A stretch of 64,000 nt of DNA from positions 7,006,001-7,070,000 of the forward strand of contig NC_058370.1 in NCBI RefSeq assembly GCF_018350175.1, in the 5' to 3' direction. Position numbers and translations under genes: made by a program. The notes under the pieces were generated by a model that saw nothing but the letters and a program-made list of their open reading frames with translations, did not search any database and was not told the origin of the DNA. Every line of letters begins with the position of its first letter. Position 1 is the first letter of the stretch. The DNA is from Felis catus (taxonomy: Eukaryota). This document shows, in pieces, positions 36,107 to 47,524 of the stretch.

Positions 36107-37444
36107 ACTTAAAATCTTTAAAAAAAGTATGTCCAAACATAGGGAAATAATTTTTAAAATGATAGAAACTGCATGTAATGGACAGTTGTCAGTATAGAAA
36201 TCTGATTTATAAAAAATTACTAATGACACGAGTTAGACTTGTATCTCAACATATTAATCTGCATGTTGCCTGTGTATTTGGCCATCCAAGGCCACACAGA
36301 AGTAAAACAGCCGAAGAATTCAAAGGGCTAATGATGAGACAAGGATTTGGGTCTGTGCTTCGAGCCACAGTCTTTCCTCTCTCAGAGGCCAGAGGAAGGA
36401 GTTGAACAGGAGACCCCAATTCTAGAGAAGCCTGATGGCTGGGAGAGACCATGTGTCCTAGAAAGGGAGGGATGGAAAGAATATTCCATTGTGAGAAGCA
36501 GAGAGGGGAGCAAAACATTCTCAGAGTTGCTAGTATTTAGTTATCACTGAAAGAGCCACCGTGTAACTGCCTTAGATACTTTTCAGCTCTTTGAGGGAGA
36601 GTATCAGGGAGAGGTACCCATCAGGAGGGGATGTGAAGGGGGTGACCACGCGATCCTGGTCAAGGTGGAGCTTGCTAGAACCAGCAAGAAATATCTCTAC
36701 GAGTATGACAGCAGTGGACACATCAGAGGTGATAACCTGGTGGTTTCGTTTTGTTGTTGTTGTTGTTTTAAAATATGTGACAGTTCTGAAATGTATCCAT
36801 TCATTCAATAACGACTTCACAAGCATGTAGTATTTTCCAGGCACCCTACTAGCTGCTCGCTGTACATTGTTGAACAGGAGAGTTTTCTGCCCTCAGTAGA
36901 TTGTGCATTTTCCTGAAGGAACTCTCAGGTGGATGCAAACAGAACACAAAAGGAGAGCATGATAGTGTTACATTTGGGTGGTATTTTTCTTGATAGAAAT
37001 ATAATACCATTAATATGAACGGTTCCATGAAGAAGTTTTGAGTTTTGCCAGTCCGGCACATAAGCCAGTCTTCAATAAATGTTTGGAGAAGAGAGTGGTG
37101 GATAGGCTCTGATTTTGTTTCTTTTAAAGTTGGGTTTTGGAACTTGGGGGAGAATTCTCTCATAAAGTCTCTAAGTGAGCAGTTCTCAGGGTGCGTTGAT
37201 ATCTAGTATGTTGAAGTCAGATTTGAGATGTATTACCAATAATTAGTAACTGACATTGAGTACCAAGGTTTTTTTTTTTTTTTTTTTTTTTTCTAATGAC
37301 TTGAAAAATAGAGTCATGACACCCAGAAGAGGAAAGACTGGCCCTAGAACCAGAAGGCTAGGAATCGTCATGAAACTTACATCCAATTTTATCTCTGCCT
37401 CAACTCATTGTAGATTACTGATATGGTACTTTAATTTGTCTGAG

Positions 37445-37646
37445 TTTTTTTTTAAGTTTATTTATTTATTTTGAGAGAGAGAGCAAGCAGGGTAGGGGCA
37501 GAGAGAGAGGGAGAGAGAGAATCCCAAGCAAGCTCTGCACTGTCAGTGCAGAGCCTGATGCAGGGCTTGAACTCAAAAACCCTGATCATGACCTGAGCTG
37601 AAATCAAGAGTTGGGCATTTAATCAACTGAGCCAGCCAGATGCCCC
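37445..37646 (-). mobile_element. CAN-SINE inside a MIR remnant
   Basis: Full body; tgagt+T-run on both flanks. Confidence 0.93.
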
Positions 37647-38349
37647 TGAGTATTTTTTTTTTTTAAATTTAAGACATCTATGAGCATTAGTAGATTTGTT
37701 TATTATTATTATTTTTTTTTATTGCTGCGGCTTTATCTTGAAACCATCCTTCCTACTCTTGTTTTTGTTTGTGGATAATTTCCATACAAAAGATCCAATC
37801 ACATCAACAAGCATTCGTGTCCATTTTTATGTATAGGCGATATGAACTTTAAAATTGGAGATCCCAAGGAAAGCCATCCAGTGTTGTGTGTCTGGCCCGA
37901 ACTGAAATGGCCCACGGTTAAGATAATCAAGAGTAGGGACTGTGGTGAACTTCAGAATGTATGCCACACTTGAAACACTTCATTATAAAAAGAAAGTTGC
38001 GTGCAAAAAAGAAATCGCAATCTCAGACCACCTTTGGCTCACCTTCTCTGCTTAAATACCACCATCACGTAACTTGCTTTCAATGCCTTCTCTTCTGTTG
38101 ATATGGTTCTCATAATTTGCCTTTTTGTAAAGGTTTACTTTTGGCTAAGGTATTTATATACAGGAACAAGAATACATCGCCAGTAAGTCATAGTCAGTAG
38201 AGAACTATTTAGCCTTGTTATGGCAAAAGACCGGGAGAACATAAGGTAGAATTCTCCAGAAGGCAAATGAACCTGGGATCACAGAAGTTTCAATGACTCT
38301 TTAATCTTCTTTAGCCTGGTATTCTCAAGCAATTAGCCTGATGTCTCCC

Positions 38350-38700
38350 TTAGTTAAAACTTTTGATTGCCAGTGATAAAAATTCTCATTCTAACTGGCG
38401 CGAGCAGAAAAAAGAAAATCCGATTTTCGGTTTATGAAATGAAAACATCCTAAGTTAGAGTCGGCTTCCAAGGAGTCAAACAATAGCGGGGGCCAGTTCT
38501 CTCCATTTGTCTGCCCTCTTCCATGTTGATTGCATGCATAGGTTCTATGACAGAAGGCACAGTGGTTGCCAGAGGCCCTTAACTCACATCGTGTCAGCCT
38601 TAAGTCCTGTCGGAAAGAACGTGAGCTTCTTTTTCAACATTTTTCTCGATAAGCCTGACTCAGGCTCTGCTTCTGTGACACCCACCCTAAGAGAGCAAGG
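38350..38700 (-). mobile_element. Old MaLR LTR (MLT1K/L-like)
   Basis: acttttgattgccagtgataaaaa..tctaactggc..gcagaaaaaag; tggttgccagaggc. Confidence 0.5.
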
Positions 38701-39334
38701 AAGGGAAACAACAAAACCAAACCAAAAACTGTGTCTGGGAGAGTAACTTCTTATGGCATGATCTCAGATAATAGAGGACAGTGGTTTTTTTAGCTCAGAC
38801 CATTTGATGGATAAGGATCTCAGAAATACTTGTTGATTCCCGCCAGAACAAAGAAAAGCTTTATTATTGCCTTTTTGTGTTTTGTTTTTTACTCTTTTCC
38901 TTTTCCTTTTTTTTTTTTTTAATCTGGATAAAGATTCAAATCAATTTCACATGGCTATCGTGAGACACTTACAAGGTCAAGTCACCCAGCCCCCTCTTGG
39001 ATGACACTGGGACTGAGTGTCCTGGGAAGAGTGAAGGCCTGGGTTTTAAGGACTCAGTAACCACTTTTTGTTTCGAGTGGGTCATTGGTACTTGAGTTGA
39101 AAGCCTAATGTTTAGTTAATGTTTGTCATTTAATGTGACTCTACCCAAAAATGATCAGTGGGTAGAAATTTTATGACGAAAGAAAATTGGGCCAAATTCC
39201 ATGTATTTTGGAGGTGACCTCTCTGGAGCTTTCTGGCGTTCTGATTTCACATCCCAAAGACCAGGAATGAAAGAGGAAGGACCATAATTTAAGGCCACAG
39301 TATAAGCACAGTTGATTGCAAAAAAACAATAAAT

Positions 39335-39474
39335 NNNNNNNNNNNNNNNNNNNNNNNNNNNNNNNNNNNNNNNNNNNNNNNNNNNNNNNNNNNNNNNNNN
39401 NNNNNNNNNNNNNNNNNNNNNNNNNNNNNNNNNNNNNNNNNNNNNNNNNNNNNNNNNNNNNNNNNNNNNNNNNN
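39335..39474. other. Assembly gap
   Basis: N run. Confidence 1.
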
Positions 39475-40368
39475 AAGGAAGGGAAGCTTGGTGATTCAGT
39501 CTCCCCCCTGCGGTACGAACTAAGGACACAGAAGTACACAGATGATGCGTCTAGAGTTGTAACAGAGCAATCTTTTCCATGTGCAATTAACTGACCAGTC
39601 AAAGATAAGATTCCTGGGATATTAATTTAACTGTTCACTGCTTAATGCTTGACTTTGCAAATGGGGGTCCAAATTAGATCAATTTATTTTATTAATGCAG
39701 ATAATATTAAAAGTTTAGGCAGTCCTGATATATGATCCTCAATTTTATATATCTGAGGGAAAATTTAACATACATCAGGACACTAAAAATTTATAAAAAT
39801 GTTGATGATAACCACAGAATGTACTAAATCCTAACTTATAATTTAAATATAGCAAGAAAGTAGAATATGAAGATTTTGGATTCAGGTACAGATAATATGA
39901 AGGAGAAGTATACTAAACATTGAATTTTTTTCCCCCTAAAATCTTTATGTAAAGGTATTGGGAACTTTAGATACACGGTGAAAACTGACTTAGTTGCATT
40001 TCACTAATTTGGAATTCATAATGATTTGACCTTAGCTAGACTAACATTTACTTGTTCCTTCTACTCAGAGAGAATTAGCTATGCTACATAAACAGATTTC
40101 ACAAGGAAGCATCTAATCTATTTGCTAAAGTAACGTGACAGCCCGGAAATTGCATTTCATTGAAATTGTTTTGTAATTTACCTGGACTCCAATTAGTCCA
40201 AAATTGTGGTGTTTGACCAGGCTTCACTTTATGCTTACAAGAACATCTAGTTCAAAATTTAAACATAACATTCCTTTCCCATAAAACATTTTTTTAAATA
40301 AAATTAGGCTTTTTCCTTTTTAAAGATCCTTCTTTTGGTTTTTATACCGTAAAAAATAATGGAATGTA

Positions 40369-40584
40369 GGGGCGCCTGGGTGGCGCAGTTGGTTAAGCGT
40401 CCGACTTCAGCCAGGTCACGATCTCGCAGTCCGTGAGTTCAAGCCCTGCGTCGGGCTCTGGGCTGATGGCTCAGAGCCTGGAGCCTGTTTCCGGTTCTGT
40501 GTCTCCCTCTCTCTCTGCCCCTTCCCCGTTCATGCTCTGTCTCTCTCTGTCCCAAAAATAAATAAATGTTGAAAAAAAATTAAA
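40369..40584 (+). mobile_element. Young felid CAN-SINE (SINEC_Fc type)
   Basis: ggggcgcctgggtggcgcagt...cagccaggtcacgatctcgc; perfect 17-bp TSD aaaaaataatggaatgt at 40351-40367 and 40585-40601. Confidence 0.97.
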
Positions 40585-41246
40585 AAAAAATAATGGAATG
40601 TCATCTGTATTTAGCAAAAATATTCACCATTCTAGGTAAACCTCTGCTTTTATTATTTGTGTCCTGAAATAGTCATTTTATTAACTGAAATCATAAACTG
40701 TCTTAGCTCTGAGTATAAACTAAGCAGAGCCAATAAACTGTTACCTGGCCATTTTTAACCAGTTCTTTGGAGAAGCTTAGATATTTCCAAAGTCCTATAT
40801 TGGAAAAAAAAATCCATGTCCCAGGGTCTCCTGTCAGAAGAATGCATAGCAAGATGACTCCTAAGACAGACTTTAATAAAAACAAAAACATTCAAAGGGT
40901 AACTTTCTCCCTGAGACTGTCTCCCCATCTGAATGCAAAAAGAGGTGAGAAGTGCTCCATTTGTAACTTTCTCTAGAGCATAAAATCCCACTTTCAGGAC
41001 AGGCATCAGGGAAAATGGGGACTTTTCTCACTATCCCAGGGATCTTGTCCCACTTGCCATGCCTTCTAACAAATAACCATGAGGTCTCTGGAGCAGCCTC
41101 GTCCCCAGGATCAGTCCAAGAAGACTTTCTGTCTTGGGATAACTCACTCCTGAGAAGTCTTGTCCCTAGAGCCAAAGAGTAGATAGGGGAAGTTGAAGGG
41201 AAAACAGTGCTTTTATATTCTGTTTCTAGTAAAAATACCATGGGTT

Positions 41247-41464
41247 GGGGCGTCTGGGTGGCTCAGTCGGTTGAGCGTCCGACTTGGGCTCAGGTCATGA
41301 TCTCACAGCTTGTGAGTTCGAGCCCCGCGTCGGGCTCTGTGCTGACAGCTCAGAGCCTGGAACCTGCTTCCGATTCTGTGTCTCCCTCTCTCTCTGCCCC
41401 TAACCCACTCTCATTCTGTCTCTGTCTCTCTCAAAAATAAATAAACATTAAAAAAAATTTTTTT
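41247..41464 (+). mobile_element. Felid CAN-SINE
   Basis: Perfect 13-bp TSD aaataccatgggt at 41233-41245 and 41465-41477. Confidence 0.97.
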
Positions 41465-41495
41465 AAATACCATGGGTATAAGGAGCACTGATTTT

Positions 41496-41710
41496 GTTTT
41501 AATTTTTTTTAACGTTTATTTTTAGAGATAGAGAGAGACAGAGCATGAACGGTGGAGGGGCAGAGAGAGAGGGAGACACAGAATCGGAAGCAGGCTCCAG
41601 GCTCTGAGCCATCAGCCCAGAGCCCGACGCGGGGCTCGAACTCAGGGACCGCGAGATCGTGACCTGAGCTGAAGTCGGACGCCCAACTGACTGAGCCACC
41701 CAGGCGCCCC
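41496..41710 (-). mobile_element. Felid CAN-SINE
   Basis: TSD aggagcactgatttt (41481-41495) vs aggaacactggtttt (41711-41725). Confidence 0.97.
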
Positions 41711-42262
41711 AGGAACACTGGTTTTAATCAGCCTCCCACAGGTTATGAGAAAATTGGAAATCCTAGTAAAGTTCCGAAAGCTATAAGTGTCTATTAGGCA
41801 CTGTATAACCTGGGGCCACCATCTCAGGAGATAAGCACACAATATTTAACATTTCCACAAATTCTTCTATTTGTCTGTGCTTCTCTCTCCTCCTTCACCA
41901 TTGCCTTTCAGCTTAAAATCACTGATCTGTAAGATAAGGCCACTTGTGGTTCTTTTTTCACCAAATACCTATTGTTCTGTATCAGACACCGTGGGTCGGC
42001 ACTGAGATCCCGAAATTAATGTGATAGACAGAATCCTTGTCATCGGAGACCTTGTGTTCCTGGGTGGGGATGTGGAGAGACAGGAGATGGGTTTTTAATA
42101 TAAACATCGAGAGCTCTAAGTACTATAACAAACAAAGCCAAGTGTGGTGTTGCAGCCATGGAGTTGAGATAGCAGATGTTTTAGTTAAAAAATCAGAAAG
42201 CACTTTTGGTTTTAATAGTCCATCTTTCAAAGTGGTCACCAAATGGCAGATCTATCTTTGCA

Positions 42263-42772
42263 AGTATTAGATCTCCAGAGAAACAGAAGAGGAGATAGAT
42301 GTAGGTGTAGACAGAGAGCAGGTGTAGGTGGTATAGATGGAGTGTAGGTGTAGGTATAGACATGAGTATATAGTTATAAGAGGAGAAATTGGTTCATGCA
42401 CTTATGGGACTAAGAAGTCCCAATCTGTTGTCTGTAAGCTGAAGGACCAGGAAAGCCAATGGTATAATCCATCCAAGTCCAAAGGCCTGAGATCCAGCAG
42501 CTCTGATGTCCAAGGACAGGAGAGGAGGGCCATTCCAGCTCAAGAAGAGAGAAAGAGAATTCACCCTCCATCACCTTTTTGTTCCATTCAGGCACCCAAT
42601 GGATTGGATGATGCCCACTCCCATTGCTGAGGGTGGCTGTCTTTACTCAGTCCACTGCATCAAATGCTAATTTCTTCTGGAGATATCCTTACAGACACAC
42701 CCACAAATAATGTTTCACCAGCTATCTGGGCATCCCTTAGGCCAATCAGCTGACATACAGAATTAACCATCA
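42263..42772 (-). mobile_element. ERVL solo LTR, MLT2 family
   Basis: tctccagagaaacagaa start; ggattggatgatgcccac; acagacacacccacaaataatgttt...tgacatacagaattaaccatca end; degenerate (TGTAGG/ATAG) tract at 42296-42370. Confidence 0.88.
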
Positions 42773-43850
42773 GATGGGCACGAGAGCTAATCTTTCTCTC
42801 AGCCTGCTAATCATATCAATGTCCCGTTTATACATAGATAAAGGGTATTTGCGACAATTTGACTTTGGAAGGTCCATGAGTTTGAAGCTTGAATTGGTAC
42901 AGTTTTGCTATTTCCTTTGGAAAAAAAAATGTGTCTCGTCAGTCACATGTTAGAAGGGGAAGAAGGGATGCTTGACTTTGAAGTCAGAGATGTGGTATAG
43001 ATTCCTTCTGTGGGAGTCAGGGTACCTGCCGCATGCACATTACGAGTGGAGGCATGCTCCCGTGTCCTTACATCAGCGGAATTCCTGTTGATTTCAAAGG
43101 TGTTCTATGAAGATAAGGTTGCATACCAACGGATAGGTCAGAGCCTAAGAGATTCCACATCAGCAGTCTTCCTCCTTAAATATGCACTTTTAGCTTGCAG
43201 ATCTTTCAAACAATATAGTTGTCAATAATTTAGCAAATACTCTCCTATGTCTTAAAATTTTTATTGCACTTCGGGTTCACAATCTGGTAATGTTTTACAT
43301 CCCGGATGCCCCTACACATCAAAAGTATTTATTATATAGCCAAATGCTTATACAAACAGAGCTCTCCTGGAAAAAGGGGGCGGCGGGGGGTGGGGTGGGG
43401 AAGGACAGATGTTTGTGGATAAACATTTGCAAAATGAAACGGTTTTAATGAGAAAAGCTTGTGGCAGAGAGAGAGCGGAATCGATGCCCAACTTGGAATG
43501 AGAAATCGAGTAACATGTGCGGCATTTTGCTCGGTTTGTGAGGAGAGCTTTAACCTCAAGTTTGACGAGGCAGATGAGATCTGAAAGCAAGAAAAAATGG
43601 GTTCTGCTCTCACAACGGCACCCTGCACTTAGTAGATGTGTAACGAACTTGTGTTAAATTGAAGCCTCTTTGATTTACGACGACACATGGTAGTCCTACA
43701 AATCAGTTTTATTCTTCCAGTCAACAAGAACTCACAAGCATCGTGCTCTACGTCCAACTCACGTGTGTCAGGAATTATTAGAGAAGCACATGGAAATGCA
43801 TGGAATATTGGTGCTTTTTATTGATATTTCCTATTATTTAGTTACTACCC

Positions 43851-44701
43851 CAGTGGTTCTTAATTCCATCCATAACCAAGTGGAATTTTTATAACAAATA
43901 TTTCATAATGTATCTTTTACTCTTATGAAATAAGCTTCCTAGGTAATGTAACCTACTTCCTATACAATTTTTAAAATATAACGTCCTAATCATAATATAA
44001 ATAAGAAATAAGAGAAAACTGTTGCAACGTGTAACAATCATACTATAATGTGTGTTTGAGGCCTGACCATGCTAGAAGACAAAATATAATGGTAAAAATG
44101 TTTACGCTTAGATATAAAATGGCCTATTTATTCACATCAACACAACTCAAGCAGATGCATTGTGTTGGTTGTTACAGTTAGAAAACACTGAGATTCCCCA
44201 AAATGATGAGTGAATGACCTAGTAGAATTCCAAACTAAAGTAAAAGCTTACATCAGTATACAGAGATTGTGCTCTTGGAAAACCACTTAAAGCTGGGAAA
44301 ACAAGGAATGCCTGGCTGTCTCAGTCGATAGAGCACGTGGCTCTTGGTGTTGGGGTTGTGAGTTCAAGCCCCACACTGGGTGTAGCGTTGATTAAAAAAA
44401 AAACAAACGGTAAAAACAGTATTTTAGGTTTGTATGTGAAGTGCAGTTAGTGTCTAGGCTCAGAAGATTGTAAACAATTCGTCACCTACACGGACATGCA
44501 GGGACACATTCGAAGTCATTCAGAATATAGGCGCAACCTTTGGTCTGTAGACAGAGATGCCTGGTATCCGTGGAGCCCATTCTCCAAACTATGGTCACAG
44601 CCTACCCCATCCCTCACTCACTGTGACACCCAAACTAAATGTCCCTTTATATTTTCCACATTGTCTCTACGAGGCTATACCATGCCTGTGGAGATCCACT
44701 G
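43851..44701. mobile_element. MER20B-like hAT-Charlie element, near full length
   Basis: Termini cagtggttct ... gagatccactg (TIR pair); short SINE inserted. Confidence 0.65.
44305..44408 (+). mobile_element. Short old CAN-SINE (tRNA-like head plus A tail, no CT tract)
   Basis: gcctggctgtctcagtcgatagagcacgtggctcttg...gagttcaagccccacactgggtgtag + poly-A. Confidence 0.8.
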
Positions 44702-44946
44702 AATTAAGTCATGAAGACAAGACAGTGATTATGAATCTCTCCACCGGCTTATCCTGTGATATCCTTTTGTCATTTTCCCCAAGTTCATGATCATTTTTGA
44801 GGCAGTGACACCCTATGGTGATGTGATCATCACAGGCGGACACTTGGTTGATGGCGGTGTTTTCCCTGTTGTTAGTCATTTAAAATGGCAATAAAGGGAA
44901 CCCTACATGCTTAAGAGTAGCTTTTGTTTAAATAGCGACAGAACTA

Positions 44947-45162
44947 GGGGTACCTGGGTGGCTCAGTCGGTTAAGCATCTGACTTCGGCTCAGGTCATGA
45001 TCTCACGGTTTGTGAGTTCGAGCCCCGCGTCGGGCTCTGGGCTGACAGCTCGGAGCCTGGAGCCTGCTTTGGGTTCTTTGTCTCCCTCTCTCTCTCTGCC
45101 CCTCCTCTGCTGGCCCTCTGTTTCTCTCTCTCTCAAAAAAATATTTAAAAAGTTAAAAAATT
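44947..45162 (+). mobile_element. CAN-SINE
   Basis: Full length; degenerate TSD aaatagcgacagaac vs aaataactacaaaac. Confidence 0.95.
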
Positions 45163-46060
45163 AAATAACTACAAAACCGGAAAGAAAAATTGTTACACAA
45201 AGGAACAATCAATCACATAGAAGAAAAAGATAAATAAAAAGTAGGATTTTATTTTCCATCTTTAAACATGAAGAAGTAAGAGTAAAAAAGACAAGACGAA
45301 CAGTTGTTGGGTTGGATGAGTTTTTAATGTCTCAAAGGACGGAGAAATGGATGAATACGTGTAGTTCTTGTGATAACTGTAATACTTCAGATTTTAAGCG
45401 AAGCTCAGAAAAAGTGGCTAGCAGGTTAAATTACTTCTTCTAGCCTTGGGTGATTGGGTTGTAATGTTAAAGATTTTAAGGAATTGGCCCACCCATTAGA
45501 CTCCAGTTGACTAAAATATTAAAGCCATTTGCGGGGGAGAAATGCCGAAGTTATATAATCAACAGAGCGATCCATTAGGTTGAACAAATACCTATGGAAG
45601 ATCCTGCACATTGCCACACACTGGAAAGAATTAGTATTTAATTAAGCACTTACTAGAAGCTACACGTTGTTTCCTACGGCTTTCTCACTAATGCCCCGTG
45701 TGAGCCTTTCATCCCTACCTGATACATGTGAGTGCTGAGGTTCTGAAAGCCCAGAGGCCCCATCCTTAGAACCTAGGATTGGAATGTCCACCTGTTCCGT
45801 CATTAGAGAGAAGGAGGACGGATCATCTGGGTCCTATTCGAGAAAATGTGTATGCTCTATTTCCTTTGTTCTTCAAAGAACCAGTTGTATTGTTGGTGGG
45901 TATTTAACTTTAAAGCTGAGGCGATGAAGTGCCAAAAGGTGAAGTGATTTGGTTGAGATCATGTCACCAATGAATAGTCTAAGTGGCAGGTATTTAGAGC
46001 GCACCAAGAGTCCTTCGCATGCCACATGAAAAAAAAATCTTGTTAAAAGGTACTGCCACG

Positions 46061-46270
46061 GGGGGGCCTGGGTGGCTCAGTCAGTTACGTGCCCGACTTC
46101 GGCTCGGGTCATGATCTCGCAGTGCGTGAATACAAGCCCCACATCGAGCTCTGTGCTGACAGCTCAGAGCCAGGAGGATCCTCTGTCTCCCTCTGCCTCT
46201 AGTCTTTCCCTGCTCTCTCTCTCTCTCTCAAAAATTAACATTAAAAAAAAACTAACAACAACAAAAACCC
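46061..46270 (+). mobile_element. CAN-SINE
   Basis: TSD aggtactgccac vs aggtgctaccac. Confidence 0.93.
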
Positions 46271-46385
46271 AGGTGCTACCACTGAGTGATTTAAACCTGT
46301 GGACTTAGCTCTAGTCCAGTATTCTTGCTCTATTGTGTTCCATCCTCTACCAGTTCTGGTATTTAGTAAAAAATGGTGAATGCCC

Positions 46386-46540
46386 AGGGCACCTGGGCGG
46401 CTCAGTCAGTTAAGCGTCCGACTTCGACTCAGGTCATGATCTCACGGTTCTGTGGGTTCGAGGCCCACGTCGGGCTCTGTGCTGACAGCTCGGAGCCTGG
46501 ACCCTGCTTTGGATTCTGTGTCTCCCTCTCTCTCTGCACA

Positions 46541-46572
<32 letters not shown>

Positions 46573-46598
46573 CTCTGTCTCAAAAATAAATAAACGTT
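46386..46598 (+). mobile_element. CAN-SINE
   Basis: aatggtga on both flanks; poly-C/(CA)n in the CT region. Confidence 0.94.
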
Positions 46599-47149
46599 AA
46601 TGGTGAGTTCTCAGCACCAAGGCAGCTGCTCAGATCAGACAGTTCAGGAAAATGGAATAAATCTTTCCAGCTTAACTTCAAATGGAGGGGGTGGCATTTA
46701 TTTTGTTAACTAATGAGGGCTTGACTAAATGCTCCATGGGAAACTGGTTAACATAAAGGCAAGGGCGCCCCAAACTGCCAGCCAAAAGCAACGCCTCTTT
46801 CCTCGAAATTCATCTTGTATTTTATTTTATGATCTTCTAACAAACTGGAGCACGTCTGCCACAGTTAATCTTCGTCCCAGGACTCCTGTTTTTTTGCATG
46901 CAGGATGAAAAACGCCCTCCATAGCTGAGAGGTGCCTTTTGACTTCAAAGTCATTGACTACAGCATCCTGCATGCAGTAGGTACCCAATGGCTTGTTAGC
47001 ATGGGCAACGGCCCAGTCGCTGGGTCGGTGGGGGCCACAGCAGTGAACCTCAAATGCAGGTTCACTTTGAAACTGTGCCAATTCACCTCAGAAATTTTGG
47101 TTCTAATTTCGATTCTAGAATTTTCTGATGTTAGCATCATAAAGAGGCC

Positions 47150-47370
47150 ATGGAGGATGGAAGAGTGTAAACTCTGGAGCTAGATTACCTGAGCTCTGGC
47201 ATTAAACAGTGCATACTTGGCTAATTGTTTCTTTATGCTTCTGTTTCCTCGCGGGTAAAATACCAAAGTAGTTAGTACCTTCTCCATGCAATTGCTAAGG
47301 ATTAAATGAGCTTCATGACACGCGAAGGTTTAGAATAGTGCCCAGCACATAGCGAAGCCACACGTATGAT
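47150..47370 (+). mobile_element. MIR
   Basis: actctggagctagattacctg...aggattaaatgag...ttagaatagtgcccagcacatag. Confidence 0.75.
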
Positions 47371-47475
47371 GTTAAGGAGATTAAGAGAAAAAAATCATAG
47401 CCCTTAAATTATGTGTCAACTTTGTCTCTTAAGTACCATAAAAGGAGAAAATAACTTTAGTATGAAGTCATATGT

Positions 47476-47476
<1 letters not shown>

Positions 47477-47522
<46 letters not shown>

Positions 47523-47524
47523 AC
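47477..47524. repeat. (TC)n(AC)n compound microsatellite
   Basis: Direct reading. Confidence 0.95.

Noticed and set aside
44305-44408. tRNA-like sequence with A and B boxes
   Set aside because: Degenerate stems and a poly-A tail mark it as a short CAN-SINE rather than a tRNA gene
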